Source: Octopus sinensis (lineage: Eukaryota). Taken from it: a stretch of 64,000 nucleotides of DNA. The position numbers were made by a program, and so were the translations under genes. The notes beneath the pieces are model-generated. The model had not been told where the DNA came from. It saw only the letters and a list, made by a program, of their open reading frames with translations, and ran no database searches. The DNA lies in NCBI RefSeq assembly GCF_006345805.1, contig NC_042998.1:88846001-88910000 (forward strand). Direction: 5' to 3'. Below, one piece after another: positions 51,060-63,640 of this stretch (position 1 is the first letter of the stretch; each line of letters begins with the position of its first letter).

Positions 51060-52515
51060 TTTAAGTAATATTGTAAAAGTTGTAAAAGAATAGTTTGTTA
51101 CATGAACTGTGAAATAGTTTCTGACAGCCCTTGATGTTTTGTCAGGATTCATAACTTGTATAAGCAAAAAGTAGTCTGTGTACATCTTTTCAGCTTATCT
51201 ATCACCTGAAATTATTGTATATCTAGTAAACCTGCATATCTTCACTTTCAGAATAATCACTGTGAACTGTGAGAAAGTTCAAGTGTCTCAGAGCTATGAG
51301 TCATGTGTTAAGTTGCAAAAGAGAGTGCTAAGTGGTTACAAGAGATTTAATCCTATTAAATCTAGCCCTTCCTATGCACCAAGGCTACAACCAAGTGTGA
51401 GTATATATATATATATACACTTGGTTATATATATCTGAGAAAGGGTTAAATATAGATACATTGTAAGCCTTGTTAACCTTAAATCTACTCTCACATACTG
51501 AATTAGCTTACTAGCAGAGAGCCATTCTAATTTGTTCATAATTACAGTTATATTTTGTCCCCCTTTTCACCCTTGAACCGCTTTTCTTCTTTGTCTCTCT
51601 TTTAATGCTTGGTGTCAAGCAACAAACTTTCTCTTTGTGTTTGTATGTGTGTGTATGTGCTAACTCATCAAACAAGGTCATTTACAATTGTTTTCATGAC
51701 CAGCAGGTGACAGTTTCAACTCTAATCTCCTCTCTCTCTCCCCCATTCCTTCTTTGCAATCAAGAACAAAAATGTACTTTTGACTGAACATATTTTTGTA
51801 AATCATCTGTACTTGCTCTCTCCCATCCTCCCACCCTCCTTCTCTCGCCCTCTCTCTCTATTTCTCTCTCCCCCACACACAAACAAACTCATACATACTT
51901 TTATACACACACACATTCAGGAATTTAAGCCCTATGTATTTTTTTTATATAAAGGAAAATGATATTATGAGCATGCATACATGCACACTCTTTCGAAAAT
52001 TGAGATAAACCAGTTTTCATTTTTCTTTTAAATAGAAAACTGATATTATAAACACATGTATATAATTTTGTGCAGGTTTGTGTGTATGTATGTCCATTAA
52101 GTGTTAACCCAGAAAAGGAGCAAGCAATACATACATATAATACTGTAGTTTATTTTGGCCAGTCCACAGTAAGAGGTCACCAGACAGAAACAAGCAAAAT
52201 ACAGCCTTAGGGCCAAAACGACAAGGCCCTAAGGCTGTATTTTGCTTGTTTTTTATTTATTTTGTCAGATTTATTCATTTTCATGTGTCCACTCTGTTGT
52301 TTTGTTTGCTCTCGGCTCTATATTCTCTGCAAATTTTGGAGGGCACCACCAATATGGGAAGTCCTCAGTCTTATCATTACTAGTGTGAAACTGAGTAATA
52401 CCAATTGGTTGATAACTGATGAAGAATTAGGGACCTTCTGTGTCTGTCTCCTGTCCAGTTGTACACTTAGTACACATTATATCGTTTGTTTATTTACCAT
52501 ACATTTGTTCATTTT

Positions 52516-52635
52516 ATTCAAAAGTCACCTTACATAGGAAAAATTAATTTTTTTATAAGAAACAGTTAAATAAAAAAACTGTTTCTTATAAAAAAATAAA
52601 TTGTTCTTATGTATGGTGACTTTTGAATCACCCTG
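52516..52635. mobile_element. Tc1/mariner-type terminus folded into a palindrome (MITE-like)
   Basis: ...GGTGACTTTTGAATCACCCTG|TA terminus; ATTCAAAAGTCACC inverted copy at 52516. Confidence 0.65.
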
Positions 52636-52819
52636 TATATATATGATATATATATGTATATGTATATATGTACATAGATATATATATATGTATATGTATA
52701 TATATATGTATATGTGTATATGTATATATATTGTATATGTATAGATATATATTATATGGATAAGTATTTGTGAGGAAAAAAATCTAATTCTCGGCGACAA
52801 CTATGGTGTCACACGCTGA

Positions 52820-52919
52820 NNNNNNNNNNNNNNNNNNNNNNNNNNNNNNNNNNNNNNNNNNNNNNNNNNNNNNNNNNNNNNNNNNNNNNNNNNNNNNNNN
52901 NNNNNNNNNNNNNNNNNNN
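52820..52919. other. Assembly gap (100 N)
   Basis: Run of N. Confidence 1.
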
Positions 52920-53185
52920 AAAAGATTCAAAGATTCAAGTCTTACAGCTGTTTCTGTAAGACTTTGAATCTTCTCCAATAATGATAATGTATATGACTCA
53001 AGATGTTTGCCTTGCCTTAATGTTTTTTGTCCCCTTCAACAATTATATATCTGCTATATCGGAAATCTGCAATGAATCCATAACTACCATCTCGGCTACA
53101 ACCTTGGAGCCCTAGTAATCCATTGCAGCACTTACCTAGCATTCCTAATCCTTTAGATCACCTGTGAACTAAACTGCCATACTTG

Positions 53186-53216
<31 letters not shown>

Positions 53217-53219
53217 GAC

Positions 53220-53420
53220 TTATGATGGACTCTCCTGTTGATTTTGCTCTATGAGGATGTGACAGCCTACACTTTTTTTGTCAGTCATAATGCTTATGTC
53301 AAATGTGACATTTGAGTCCTGCCAGTGATTTGCAAAGAAGTCCGCAGCTGTTGCTAGCATGAGTATTATCAGTCATTGCAGGTAGTATATTTGCAGCTGC
53401 TTTTCTCCTTTGCCTTGCAC
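53220..53420 (-). mobile_element. LINE (RTE-like) 3' end relic with decayed C2H2 finger
   Basis: SNSCGLLCKSLAGLKCHI*HKH followed by a short 3' segment and microsatellite. Confidence 0.5.
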
Positions 53421-55329
53421 CCGTAAGCCTGTTAATGCTGGTTGAAACAAAGTCTCTTATACCCTCTTTTTTATTTGATATGCATGGGCGACTGCTGCTC
53501 TTCCACAAAACAACTGTGGCTGGACTTGTATCTCAGTAATCAACTTTCTAGATGCAATCCCATGGTCATTCATGACTGAAGGGGGCCTTTTACATGCACA
53601 CATACACGTGCGTGCACATTTCAATAATTCTTGACCTCTTCCCACTAGCTGTAGTGTGTATAAAATTGCTTTCACTAATATTCTTCAAGTAATAAAACTA
53701 CTGTGATAGCTGATAAGCCATTAAATTTTTGTTGACCTCTCCAACCCTATCAGTATTAAAAAAAAAGCTGTGACAAATGAGAAATTTAAGTGTTTGATAA
53801 TGATGTGTAATGATTCAATAGTTTATTACTGCCTCTACTTCTTGTTTAATCACCACTACCATTATAATAAGCACAAATACCATATGGTTATGAACATCAC
53901 TATTGTAACTACTCCATTCACCATAACCTCCATTTCTTGATTTAACTCTGTTTCCTAAACATCATTCTTCATTGCCCAACATATCCAACAACCAAGAAAT
54001 TAAGTGCCTCTCTTTTTATCCAGTTTGCTTTTTTGATTGATTATTTGTGCATCAGTGTTGGTCTTTCAAACCACTGAAGCTAGTCTGTTCAATTTTTTCC
54101 AGCAGTTATTACTTATCAAAATGTAATAGATTTTATTTATTTATCTTATTTCATTTATTTATTGTCAAAATTTGCTTTCTTAGAGTAAAATTAGTTGAAT
54201 GGGTAAATTACAAGTTTTATGATAAATACCAACTGCAACATAGTAAAATGAACTAGAAAAGAAATACTGTTAGATGTATAGTTAGATGACAACATCATTT
54301 TTCATCCAGATTTGGGTGGTAATGACAGTTAGTACTGGAAAATATATCCAAGTACTGACCACATAAGTAGGAAAAAAAAAATGTTTTCTTTCGTTTTCAT
54401 TTGTTACCTTTTGCTTAATATTGGGTCAAATATTTCATCTGTTTATGTAATGGAATAGAAGATATTTGCACATAGAATCTAGTTGTGTTTGTATTTTCTC
54501 TCTACGATTAACTGATGTCAAAGCAAATTAAGTAGAAGCCTCTCTCACTAATTAAAAACAAGAACACAACCAACAATAATTATAATGAGTTCTGTAAATA
54601 TGTACAAAGCCTTGGTCAAGTAGAGCTAAGTGTCTTGTCCAGTGTTTCAATGGTATGAACCCCCGAGAGATAATTTCTAAATCAGTTTTGCTTTTTCTTT
54701 CTTAAATAATGATGATACCTTTTTTTTGACATGAAGCTAAATTTATATGAGGAAAAGTATATGTATAATCAATTATATTGATCTCCCTTATAACATTTCT
54801 TATATCTCTTTCACCTACTCTGGTAAGATAAAAGACATAAATCTTCCTTGCTATGATTTGAATTCAAACCAATGAGATACAGTCACAAGACAGAGTTAGT
54901 GACCAATCCGTTTCCTGTCATCTCAACCAATTATAGTTGTACTAATTAGTTAATTAGTAGCACTTCTGTATTTACAAAATCTGTCATGTGATTTATTTGT
55001 ATCACATTCTTCAAAATACAGTTGTTCTTATGTTACAGCTGTGTACGTTAACTAAACACGGTTAAACAACAGCTTTCTGCCACCATATCAATAACAGCTA
55101 CAACAACAAAATAATACTTTCTAACAAAAGTACAAGACTAGAAGTTTTATGTTGACCTTAGTACTTGACCGATACTTTATTTTATTGACTCTAAAAGAAT
55201 GAATGATATAGTTGACTGTAAGGAGATTTTGAACTTGAAGCATAAAATGCTGCAACATCTACCACAAAGCATTTTGAGTGACACAATCATGATTCTACCA
55301 GCCCACCACTGTTATATATTATAATATTA

Positions 55330-55560
55330 ATAAATTTCAGAGAAATTGGAATTGACATGAGAGCAGAGCAGGCCCAGAACACTGCTCTGTTGGGGACAGC
55401 TAGTATTTTGAGATTGCTGATTGGGTGTTGATACTTCCATGATACCAAATCTTATAATTTGCGGAAAGTATCACCTTGGAAACCTCTGACAACAGGTTGC
55501 TGTCCACTCTCACAGAACTCTTGATCTTATTTGCTCTGGTTGATTCTGTGAGAGTGGATT
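55330..55560 (+). mobile_element. R4/Dong-like LINE extreme 3' end
   Basis: FREIGIDMRAEQAQNTALLGTASILRL; TAA-rich flanks. Confidence 0.6.
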
Positions 55561-55589
55561 TTACACACACAATATTATAATATTAATAA

Positions 55590-56040
55590 ATTTTACACAC
55601 AATAACTGTTCCATACAATCCCACAACTCTCCAATGCATGGACACTGAATTATTGCATGCAGGACAGTTTTGTTCCCCTGCAAGCATCTTGGCCAGGTTT
55701 GGCTGTTGGTACTTCCATGCCTGAAGAGCTTGTCTCAAATGGGCAATGCCCTTCTGTAGTACTGCCAAGCCAAAGACTTTTGAAAATTGTCCTCTGGAAG
55801 AAACTGCTCAGACTGTTCTCGTTGATGCCTAGATTCAATCTTAGGCTATCATCATTCATACCCTCAACTAGCCTCCTATAGAAAACTTGGGTTGTTTTCC
55901 TGCTATCAGTTTTGGGCAGCTGGCACAATGCAGCAAGTGCCTGGCAACATTCTAGATGCCAAATGCCCAACCTTGGTCAACATTTGACCCATGACTGCAG
56001 TTCTGTCAATGAGATGAGCTGCAAAAGACATGTTGCATGG
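55590..56040 (-). mobile_element. RTE-clade LINE 3' fragment
   Basis: DSRKTTQVFYRRLVEG...DDSLRLNL resembles the RTE C-terminal R.PK..FYGEL..G...KD.LK motif. Confidence 0.6.
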
Positions 56041-56041
56041 A

Positions 56042-56275
56042 AGTTATAGCCAAAAAATAGCAAAAAAATGCATTAAAAATGGAAAAAAAAATTATGGTAA
56101 ATTTTTTTTAAAATCGTAGACTCATTGTAGACGCGCACTAATACCCAGAAGGGCTCAATATGAATCACGACTATAAGATACCCGGTTTTGGTTACACTGC
56201 ACCGCAAAATGTCGGAGTAGTTAGGAATCTAAATCGTAGGAGACAGACATACAACTTCACTTTTATATATAAAGA
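56042..56275 (-). mobile_element. Second copy of the non-autonomous Helitron, 3'-truncated, one internal repeat unit
   Basis: Reverse complement aligns with 44633-44800 and 45120-45205; A|TC 5' end at 56275. Confidence 0.85.
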
Positions 56276-57655
56276 TATATATATATATATAGAGAGAGAG
56301 AGAATAACAAACAGACAGACAGTGACAGTGGTTTGTATCCATTTTATATATACTTATGTCTACAAAAGATAGTGTCAGAAATGATACAAGTTGAAATGAG
56401 AAAGCATACAACTCATATTAATTCCCCTACCTTCAGTTCAGCTGCTCTTGTTTGTTATATTTATTTCTTTATTGCCCACATAGAGAGGACAAACAAGGAC
56501 AGACAAAGGGATTAAGTTGATTACATCGACCCCAGTGTGTAACTGGTACTTATTTAATCGAACCCCCCCCCCCCCTCCTGAAAGGATGAAAGGCAAAGTC
56601 GGTGGAATTTGAATTCAGAAAGGAACGGCAGACAACGGCCTGCTAACGATTGTGCCAGTTCGCCGCCTTGTTTGTTATATTAATTACTTGTATTCTTTTG
56701 AAATTGCTGACTCCCTCCCAGACTTAATCAGAACATGTTGCCATGCCTACCTTTTTACTTCTTCTGCATTCTCATTTTCATTAGATCCAGTACTAAACAA
56801 TCTGAAAGTGAAGTTGATTTAGTATTTATAGAAAATTGTATAAACTGTCTTCTGCGGATAGTAACAGCCACTGAAATTTTATTCCAGACACCACAGCCTT
56901 AAGAAATGAAAGACATTTCTAAATTCTTAGAGAAATTAAAGCCAACTAAGCATCTACTTAAAGGCAAACACTGTAGAATAATGGTCTGCTTCCAGTAGGT
57001 CAAGTCTGCGACCTAGATACTGTAGCTAGTTATTTTATTTAACACTTATCATTAATATGCTAAAAAAGAATCTCAACAGCTATGACAAGCAACATAAAAT
57101 ATTGGCTTTTGTTAGGTTTTTAACTATCTTAAAACATATCTTCAATATTCTGAAAACTTGTGGCCAATATCCTTGGATTTTTCTTATACCTACTTTAATT
57201 ATTTCAAATTTTGATACAAAGCCAGCACTTTTAGGGGAAGGGTTGAGTTGATTGCATCAAGACTTATTTTTATTGACCTTAAAAGGATGGAAGGTAAAGT
57301 TGACTTCAACAGAATTTGAACCCAGAACATAAAGAACCTGAAGAAATGCTACTAAACATTTTGTCCTGACTCACTAACAACATTGTCAGTTTGCCGCTTC
57401 TTGTATCAGCTATAATAGAATGTCTTTAGATTGATTTTAAAATACCATATGGTTAGTAAAAGGGACTTTTAACTTCTGGTAATACTGAACTTTTCATCTT
57501 CTAAGGTTGCTAAAATAATTTTTCTTAGTTATACACAAAACTTAGTCAGTGAAATTCTGAAGCATGAAATACTGCTTACATCACCTGCTGATGGGTAGCA
57601 GTGCAAATAAAAGAATTATCATACATAGAACTGTAATGTTTTAGTGAAGAGAGAA

Positions 57656-57686
<31 letters not shown>

Positions 57687-58353
57687 AGATATATACTGAG
57701 GGAGAGAGAGAGATAAAGTAGCTTGATACTGCGAGATTCTTGGCTCAGTGATTTGCTCACTGGTTGACTAAATGTTAGTTTCCTACTTAGTTCTTTACTA
57801 TTAGACTCAGTCTGAATCACAAATTAGGTAGTTTTCTTAAAGAAAGTTCTTCACATTAAATGATGACTGATCTGTGACATGAAAGTGTATGACACTTAAT
57901 GCGTAATACCATTCCTTTTTACTGGACTAAAGGATTTAAACTACTTTATACATATGTCAAGTATTTCCATAATGTCATCATATTACAGATGAAACTTCAG
58001 AAAAATAGTATCCCCTACCTAACCACCCCTCCTACAACTGAATAATTTGAGTCCTGTAGATAATGCCTTGTCTCAGTTATTTTAAACAAAGTTGTTCTAT
58101 TTTCGTTCCTAAATTTTGTCTAAGAAACACTCATGTAATGGATATGAGCATCTTTGCCCACCTGATATTGTGCATGCCTCTATATCAACATGTGCATGTA
58201 GCTACACACACGCACACACACACACACATAAATAAACACACAGTTCAGTGTTAGTGCAACATATAGCTAAATAATAATTTGCATTATAAGTATACCAAGT
58301 TCTAATAACCAAGTATTGATACTACTGGGTGTACCTATCTATCTATCTATCTA

Positions 58354-58385
<32 letters not shown>

Positions 58386-58590
58386 TCTCTACACACACAC
58401 ACTTACACACACACACACACACACATGATGGTCTTCTTTCAGTTTCCCTCTACCAAATCCACTCACAAGGCTTGGTTGGCCTGAGGCTATAGTACAAGAT
58501 GCTTGCCCAAGGTGCTATGCAGTGGGACTGAACCTGGAATCATGTGAATGGAAAGCAAGCTTCTTATCACACAGCCATGCCCACACACAA

Positions 58591-58635
<45 letters not shown>

Positions 58636-59453
58636 CTGTCTCTCTATCTATCTATCTATCTATCTATATATATATATATATGTATATATAAAAACACATA
58701 TAACCCCCCCCACACACACACACATGCACACATACACACACACAGAAACGTGTGTGTGTATTTATAAATGAATACTTGGGCTTGGGATATAAAATATACC
58801 TACATATGTACATGTAAATATATTTAACCATATGTCAAGAGAGAAACAAATACTGAAAATATTCAGAAGACGAGCATTTGTGTATATGCATATAGATGTT
58901 TATATATTTACAGAGCAGATTTACATGCAGTACAAAAGATGCATGGTACTTTAGGTCTGACAGCTGTTTCTTGGGGCTTGGAACTACGTAATAGTTGTAA
59001 TACTGGCAAGTATGGAGCAAAAAAAAAAAATATATATATGCACACAAATGAACAAAAAAGTGATTCTGATTTCCCACTCTTGTTAGTTTAAAAATGTTAT
59101 ATGAGATTAAGAAATTATTATCATTACTATTACAACCAAGCCAGTGACCCAATTCTAACTGTTTTTAGAATGAGTTCATTTCGGTTCTTAACACACTTTG
59201 GGAAAGTTATGAATATCAAGTTTTCCATCTTCTGCAAGAAACTTATTTTGTAGTTGTTTTTGTTACTATATAAATGTGAAGAAAAAAAAAAATCTTCATT
59301 CCATTCAGTATCTGTTCTTTTATTATTTGCTCTTTTATTCAATATTGCAGTAAATTCTAAATAATTAAACAATGCAGTATTTTACTTTCCAACACCACCA
59401 TTTCTGACTGGCACAAAATGAGAAGAAAAAAAGATATATAAAATTCACTATTA

Positions 59454-59614
59454 GGCACAGGCTTGGCTGTGTGGTAAGTAGCTTGCTTACCAACCACATG
59501 GTTCTGGGTTCAGTCCCACTGCATGTTACCTTAGGTAAGTGCCTTTTACTATAGCCTTGGGCTGAACAAAGCCTTGTGAGTGGATTTGGTAGACAGAAAC
59601 TGAAAGAAGCCTGT

Positions 59615-59650
<36 letters not shown>

Positions 59651-59847
59651 TCTCCCCACCATTGCTTGACAATCAAAGTTGGTGTGTTTAGGTCCCTGTA
59701 ACTTAGTAGTTCAACAAAAGAGACCGATGGAATAAGTACTAGGCTTACAAAGAATAAGTCCTGGGGTTAATTTGTTCAACTAACGGTGAAGCTCCAGCAT
59801 GGCCACAGTCAAATGACTGAAACAAATAAAAGAATAAAGGAATAAAA
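59454..59847 (+). mobile_element. Full-length tRNA-derived SINE, family A
   Basis: A-box-like TGGCTGTGTGGTAAG, B-box-like GGTTCAGTCCC, central (TG)n, A-rich (GAATAAA) tail. Confidence 0.9.
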
Positions 59848-60260
59848 GTTGAATCCTCCTCTGTTGTTTTATCTTCGTTTGCTAATTCTGTAAATTAGCC
59901 AAATGACACTTTCTTTCTGTTTCTCAGTGATAACACTATGTGCATTATGCAGTCTGGTTGCACTAAATAGAATGCTTGTACATGATACTTTTATTTAGCA
60001 TGTGTTAGCTTAGTATTCCTCCCCCTACTATTCAATACTATCCTATGTGGACTTGGTGACAGCAGCAGTGGCAGTATCAGCAGCAACAACTGAAAACAAT
60101 AGCAGTATTTAAAGGTTATTAATTGAATAAACAATATTATTATATAGTCATTGTGTAGATAGGGACATGTGTGTGTATGCATATATATATACATTTATAT
60201 ATATATAAGCACACACATCATCATCATCGTTTAACATTTGCCTTCCATATATGAACACTT

Positions 60261-60293
<33 letters not shown>

Positions 60294-60398
60294 CATATAT
60301 CTGTGAGTGTGTGTGTATATACACGCATGCATTTGTCTGTGTGTGTGTATATACACGCATGCATTTGTCTGTCTGTGTGTGTGTATGTGTGTGTGTTT

Positions 60399-60546
60399 GT
60401 AAGAAATTCCAGGTGTGGAAGTAAGGTCCAGAATCAAAGGGCCTAAGAGTTAATCTAGCAAAGATCAAAGTCTTAGTAAGTAGGGAAGTGGGCAAATCAC
60501 AAATCCCTTCAGGAAGATGGCCCAGCTCAATCTGCAGAAAAGGCAA
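60399..60546 (+). mobile_element. RTE-clade LINE RT-distal fragment
   Basis: KKFQVWK*GPESKGLRVNLAKIKVLVS...SGRWPSSICRKG. Confidence 0.7.
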
Positions 60547-60547
60547 A

Positions 60548-61590
60548 ACCTAAGAAGGCAGTGATCTGTCCAGCAGCCAGCTGCACCAGGTATGGAACAG
60601 ATGATACATACATCTCATCTGTCCTTGGATCTTATCAGAACATAGTCTAGGATGTGCCAATGTTTAGACCGTAGATGTTTCCAGGTCACCTTTTGTCGGG
60701 TTGGGAGACGAAATAGGAAGTTGATGACAAGTTCGTGCTCGGCACAAAGGCCCAGGAGGAGCTGGCCATTGGCATTTCATTTCCCAATGCTGTGATGTCC
60801 AAGAATGCTGTTCCACAGTCAATGGTCACTACAAACTCTGCCATTAAATTCCCCCAACACAAGGAGTTTGTCATGTGCAGGGACTGTCTGGATGGTGCGG
60901 TCCAGCAGATTGTAGAATGAAGCATTAATGTTGTCTTCAGATGTGAGAGCAGGGGCATACACAGAGATCAGCGTAAGGTATCTGTCCCAAATGAGTGGGA
61001 TCCAAACAGTGTTCAGGCACTCGCTGACAGCAGTTGGGATGAGTTTGTGTTGATCCATGAGTTTCATTTTCATGGCAAGGCCAACTCCATGGATGTGTGG
61101 TTCATTAGGATTCTTTCCCTTCCAAAAAATGGTGTATTTGGAACCAGTTTCTCTGATGTTGTCTTCTCCAGGAAGCCTAGTCTCGCATAAGGCTGCCATG
61201 TTGATGTTGAAGTGGGCAAGTTCCTTACAAACAAGGGCTGTATGTCGCTCTGGACGATTAATGTCACTCTTGTCCTGGAGAGTGTGGATGTTCCAGGCCC
61301 CGAAAGTGAGAGGTTGTGAAACAAAGGATTTAGTAGTCGATGATGGATGAGTAGAATTAGAGTTCTGACAGCTGAGTGGCTAGTCTGCCAGCCGCAGTAT
61401 GCTAGCCAGATTGAATTGCTGTGTCTGATGTTTACCCCACCTTTCCTGGGCGCCCCTACCCTTTAGAGTTGGGCTGCAGTAATCCTAAAGAGGCCAGACC
61501 AGTCACTGCTATTTATTGGAGAGCAACCATCTAAGATTTGCTGCCGATGTATATTCACGAACTAGAGGCTTCCAGCTTTCCAGACCTACA
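60548..61590 (-). mobile_element. RTE (BovB-like) LINE 5' part: 5' UTR plus AP endonuclease
   Basis: TFGAWNIHTL, AALCETRL, YTIFWKG, HGVGLA, LISVYAP, LLVLGEFNGRV, HILDYVL, WTDH; frameshifted. Confidence 0.92.
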
Positions 61591-61594
61591 TCCG

Positions 61595-61891
61595 GTTGTT
61601 GTTGTTTGTTCCTTCTCAAGCCATGCCTGGCTTATAAGGGCCGGTTTCCTTGGCGTATAGGTTCTCCACCTAGACGGGATGCTGGTCCATCACAGGTGAG
61701 CTGCAAGATGCAGGAGGAAAGAGTGAGAGAAACTTGTGGCAAAAGAGTCAGCAGAAGTTCGCCATTACCTTCTGCCGGAGCCACGTTGAGCTTAGGTGTT
61801 TCGCTCATAAACACACACATCACCCGGTCTGGGATTCGAGCCCGCGATCCCTCGACCGCCAGTCCGCTGCTCTAACTACTAGGCCATGTGC
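61595..61891 (-). mobile_element. Young tRNA-derived SINE, family D, (AAC)n tail
   Basis: Reverse strand GCACATGGCCTAGTAGTTAGAGCAGCGGAC...GGCTCGAATCCC; CpG-rich; tail GAACAAACAACAACAAC. Confidence 0.85.
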
Positions 61892-61892
61892 T

Positions 61893-62499
61893 CGTGATAC
61901 AAGGTGTTTCAAGGACTTTTGTTGGTCTCTCACTCATCTGTACTCCACACATAATAAACAAAGGAGGTTGCAGTCTGGGGAGTTCAGTGGCCAGATGTTA
62001 AGGGTGATGTGGTTGTAGAAATTGTCTGACAGTTATGACTGGGTTCTTCTGCTTGTGGGGCATGGTGCAGAGCCCTGTTGTCAGACATAGGGTCTTTCAG
62101 CAGCCACTCTCTTGACCTGCCTCATCCAGACACTTGTTGTAAGCCTCCGTGTTGAGTCTGAGACCGTGTGGGAAGATGAATGGGGGCATAACATCTGCAT
62201 CGCTAGTGATCAGTCCAAACACTATGATGTTGACTAGATGTTTGATTTTTATCACATTTGGTACATGTCCTTAGATTGCAGTGTTCTCAGATTGACACCC
62301 TAACACTCTAGTGTGAATGCCTAGCAGTACAACATGTCATTTCCAAATATCTGGTAGAGTGAATTGCATCATGGTGCTGTTTTTCTCACAGATGGTGTCC
62401 AACTGACCCTACCATATTTTGTTGTTGACAAATGAAAAAACAATCCACATGCATGAAATTAAAAATATAAAATGGCGACAATTTACCCATTGTATCCTG
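61893..62499 (-). mobile_element. Degenerate Tc1/mariner element, maT (DD37D)-like
   Basis: VFGLITSDADVMPPFIFPHGLRLNTEAY, YV*QQGSAP, IWPLNSPDCN; terminus CAGGATACAATGGGTAAATTGTCGCC. Confidence 0.8.
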
Positions 62500-63309
62500 T
62501 GTATATATGTACGTATGTGTGTGTGTGTGTACATACATGCACACACTCGCGCACATATAAATACACCCACACACACACACCATATATATGTATATCTATA
62601 CATGGGCACAGATATGGCTGTGTGGTTAAGACGTTTGCTTTGTAACCAGCATGGTTCTCTGCAGCTTCTTCTATTATAGACCCAGGCTAACCACAGCCTT
62701 GTGAATAGATTTGGTGATAGACAGACAATATATATGTTTGTGCATGCACAAGCCTCTGTGTGTGTGTGTGTTGATGTGTACATATGTACTTGTTTGCAAA
62801 GGCTCTGTGCCATAAGTAGTGACATTGTTGTCATATGCCCTAGCTTTGTACCTTCAAAACATGTGACACCAAAACATGTGCAGTAAAGATGGAGAGAGAT
62901 GTGTGGGTTGGGCTGCTGGTAAAGGAATGGGATGAACCATTTCCAAAGAATAGACAGAGAAGTCCGAGAAGAGATGACTTGCCAGTTGGCTGCCAGCTGA
63001 GATGTGCATCTTGGTGTACACATGCATGCACATGTGCAAATACACACCACACACAGACACACATGTGTGTTAGTCTTAATTTTCAAATCTGTGTATGTAT
63101 GCATGTGTGTACATATCTATGTATGCATGTGTGTCTATATATATATGTATGCATGTGTGTGTGTATATATATATACAGATGTATGTATGTATGTTTTATT
63201 TTAATTTATTTTTACCTGCTGAATCTGTAGGAACAACATTGCTTATGACCTTTGCATACCTTACAAGACCAGTGAGTTTGATGTCATTAATATTCCTTTT
63301 AAATTAATG

Positions 63310-63640
63310 GAAGTTAACACCAGCAGAGAAGATGTGAACATAGAGAAGATTTCACAGGGTCAGTGCCAATGTTCTGGGGATGAAGACCTGGATATAGTGT
63401 TTAGTGCAAGGCCAGCAGAAGGGGCTTGATGCAACAAGTGATGAAAAGTAGAGAGACAAGTGTGTTGGGGTGCTTGATTGTAGGAGATATGCTATGAGCA
63501 ATCTCCAATGGACAGAGGTCATTATAGTAGTAATAGAAAAGACAGAGCGGAGTGACAGCATTCCAGTGGGTCAGAGACTGGAGTGTATCTGTTAGTGATT
63601 AAAGCTTGAATGCCAATCAATAGAGTGGGCCTGCCTTTTC
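63310..63640 (-). mobile_element. CR1/L2-like LINE 3' relic
   Basis: TKHYIQVFIPRT resembles the C-terminal SFIPRT..LWN motif. Confidence 0.5.

Noticed and set aside
52387-52422. GAAAC-TGA-GTA...CTGATGA in type II hammerhead order
   Set aside because: Stem I and stem II closing pairs cannot form
61810-61891. tRNA gene on the minus strand
   Set aside because: A/B boxes are present but it continues into a SINE body and (AAC)n tail; treated as a SINE head
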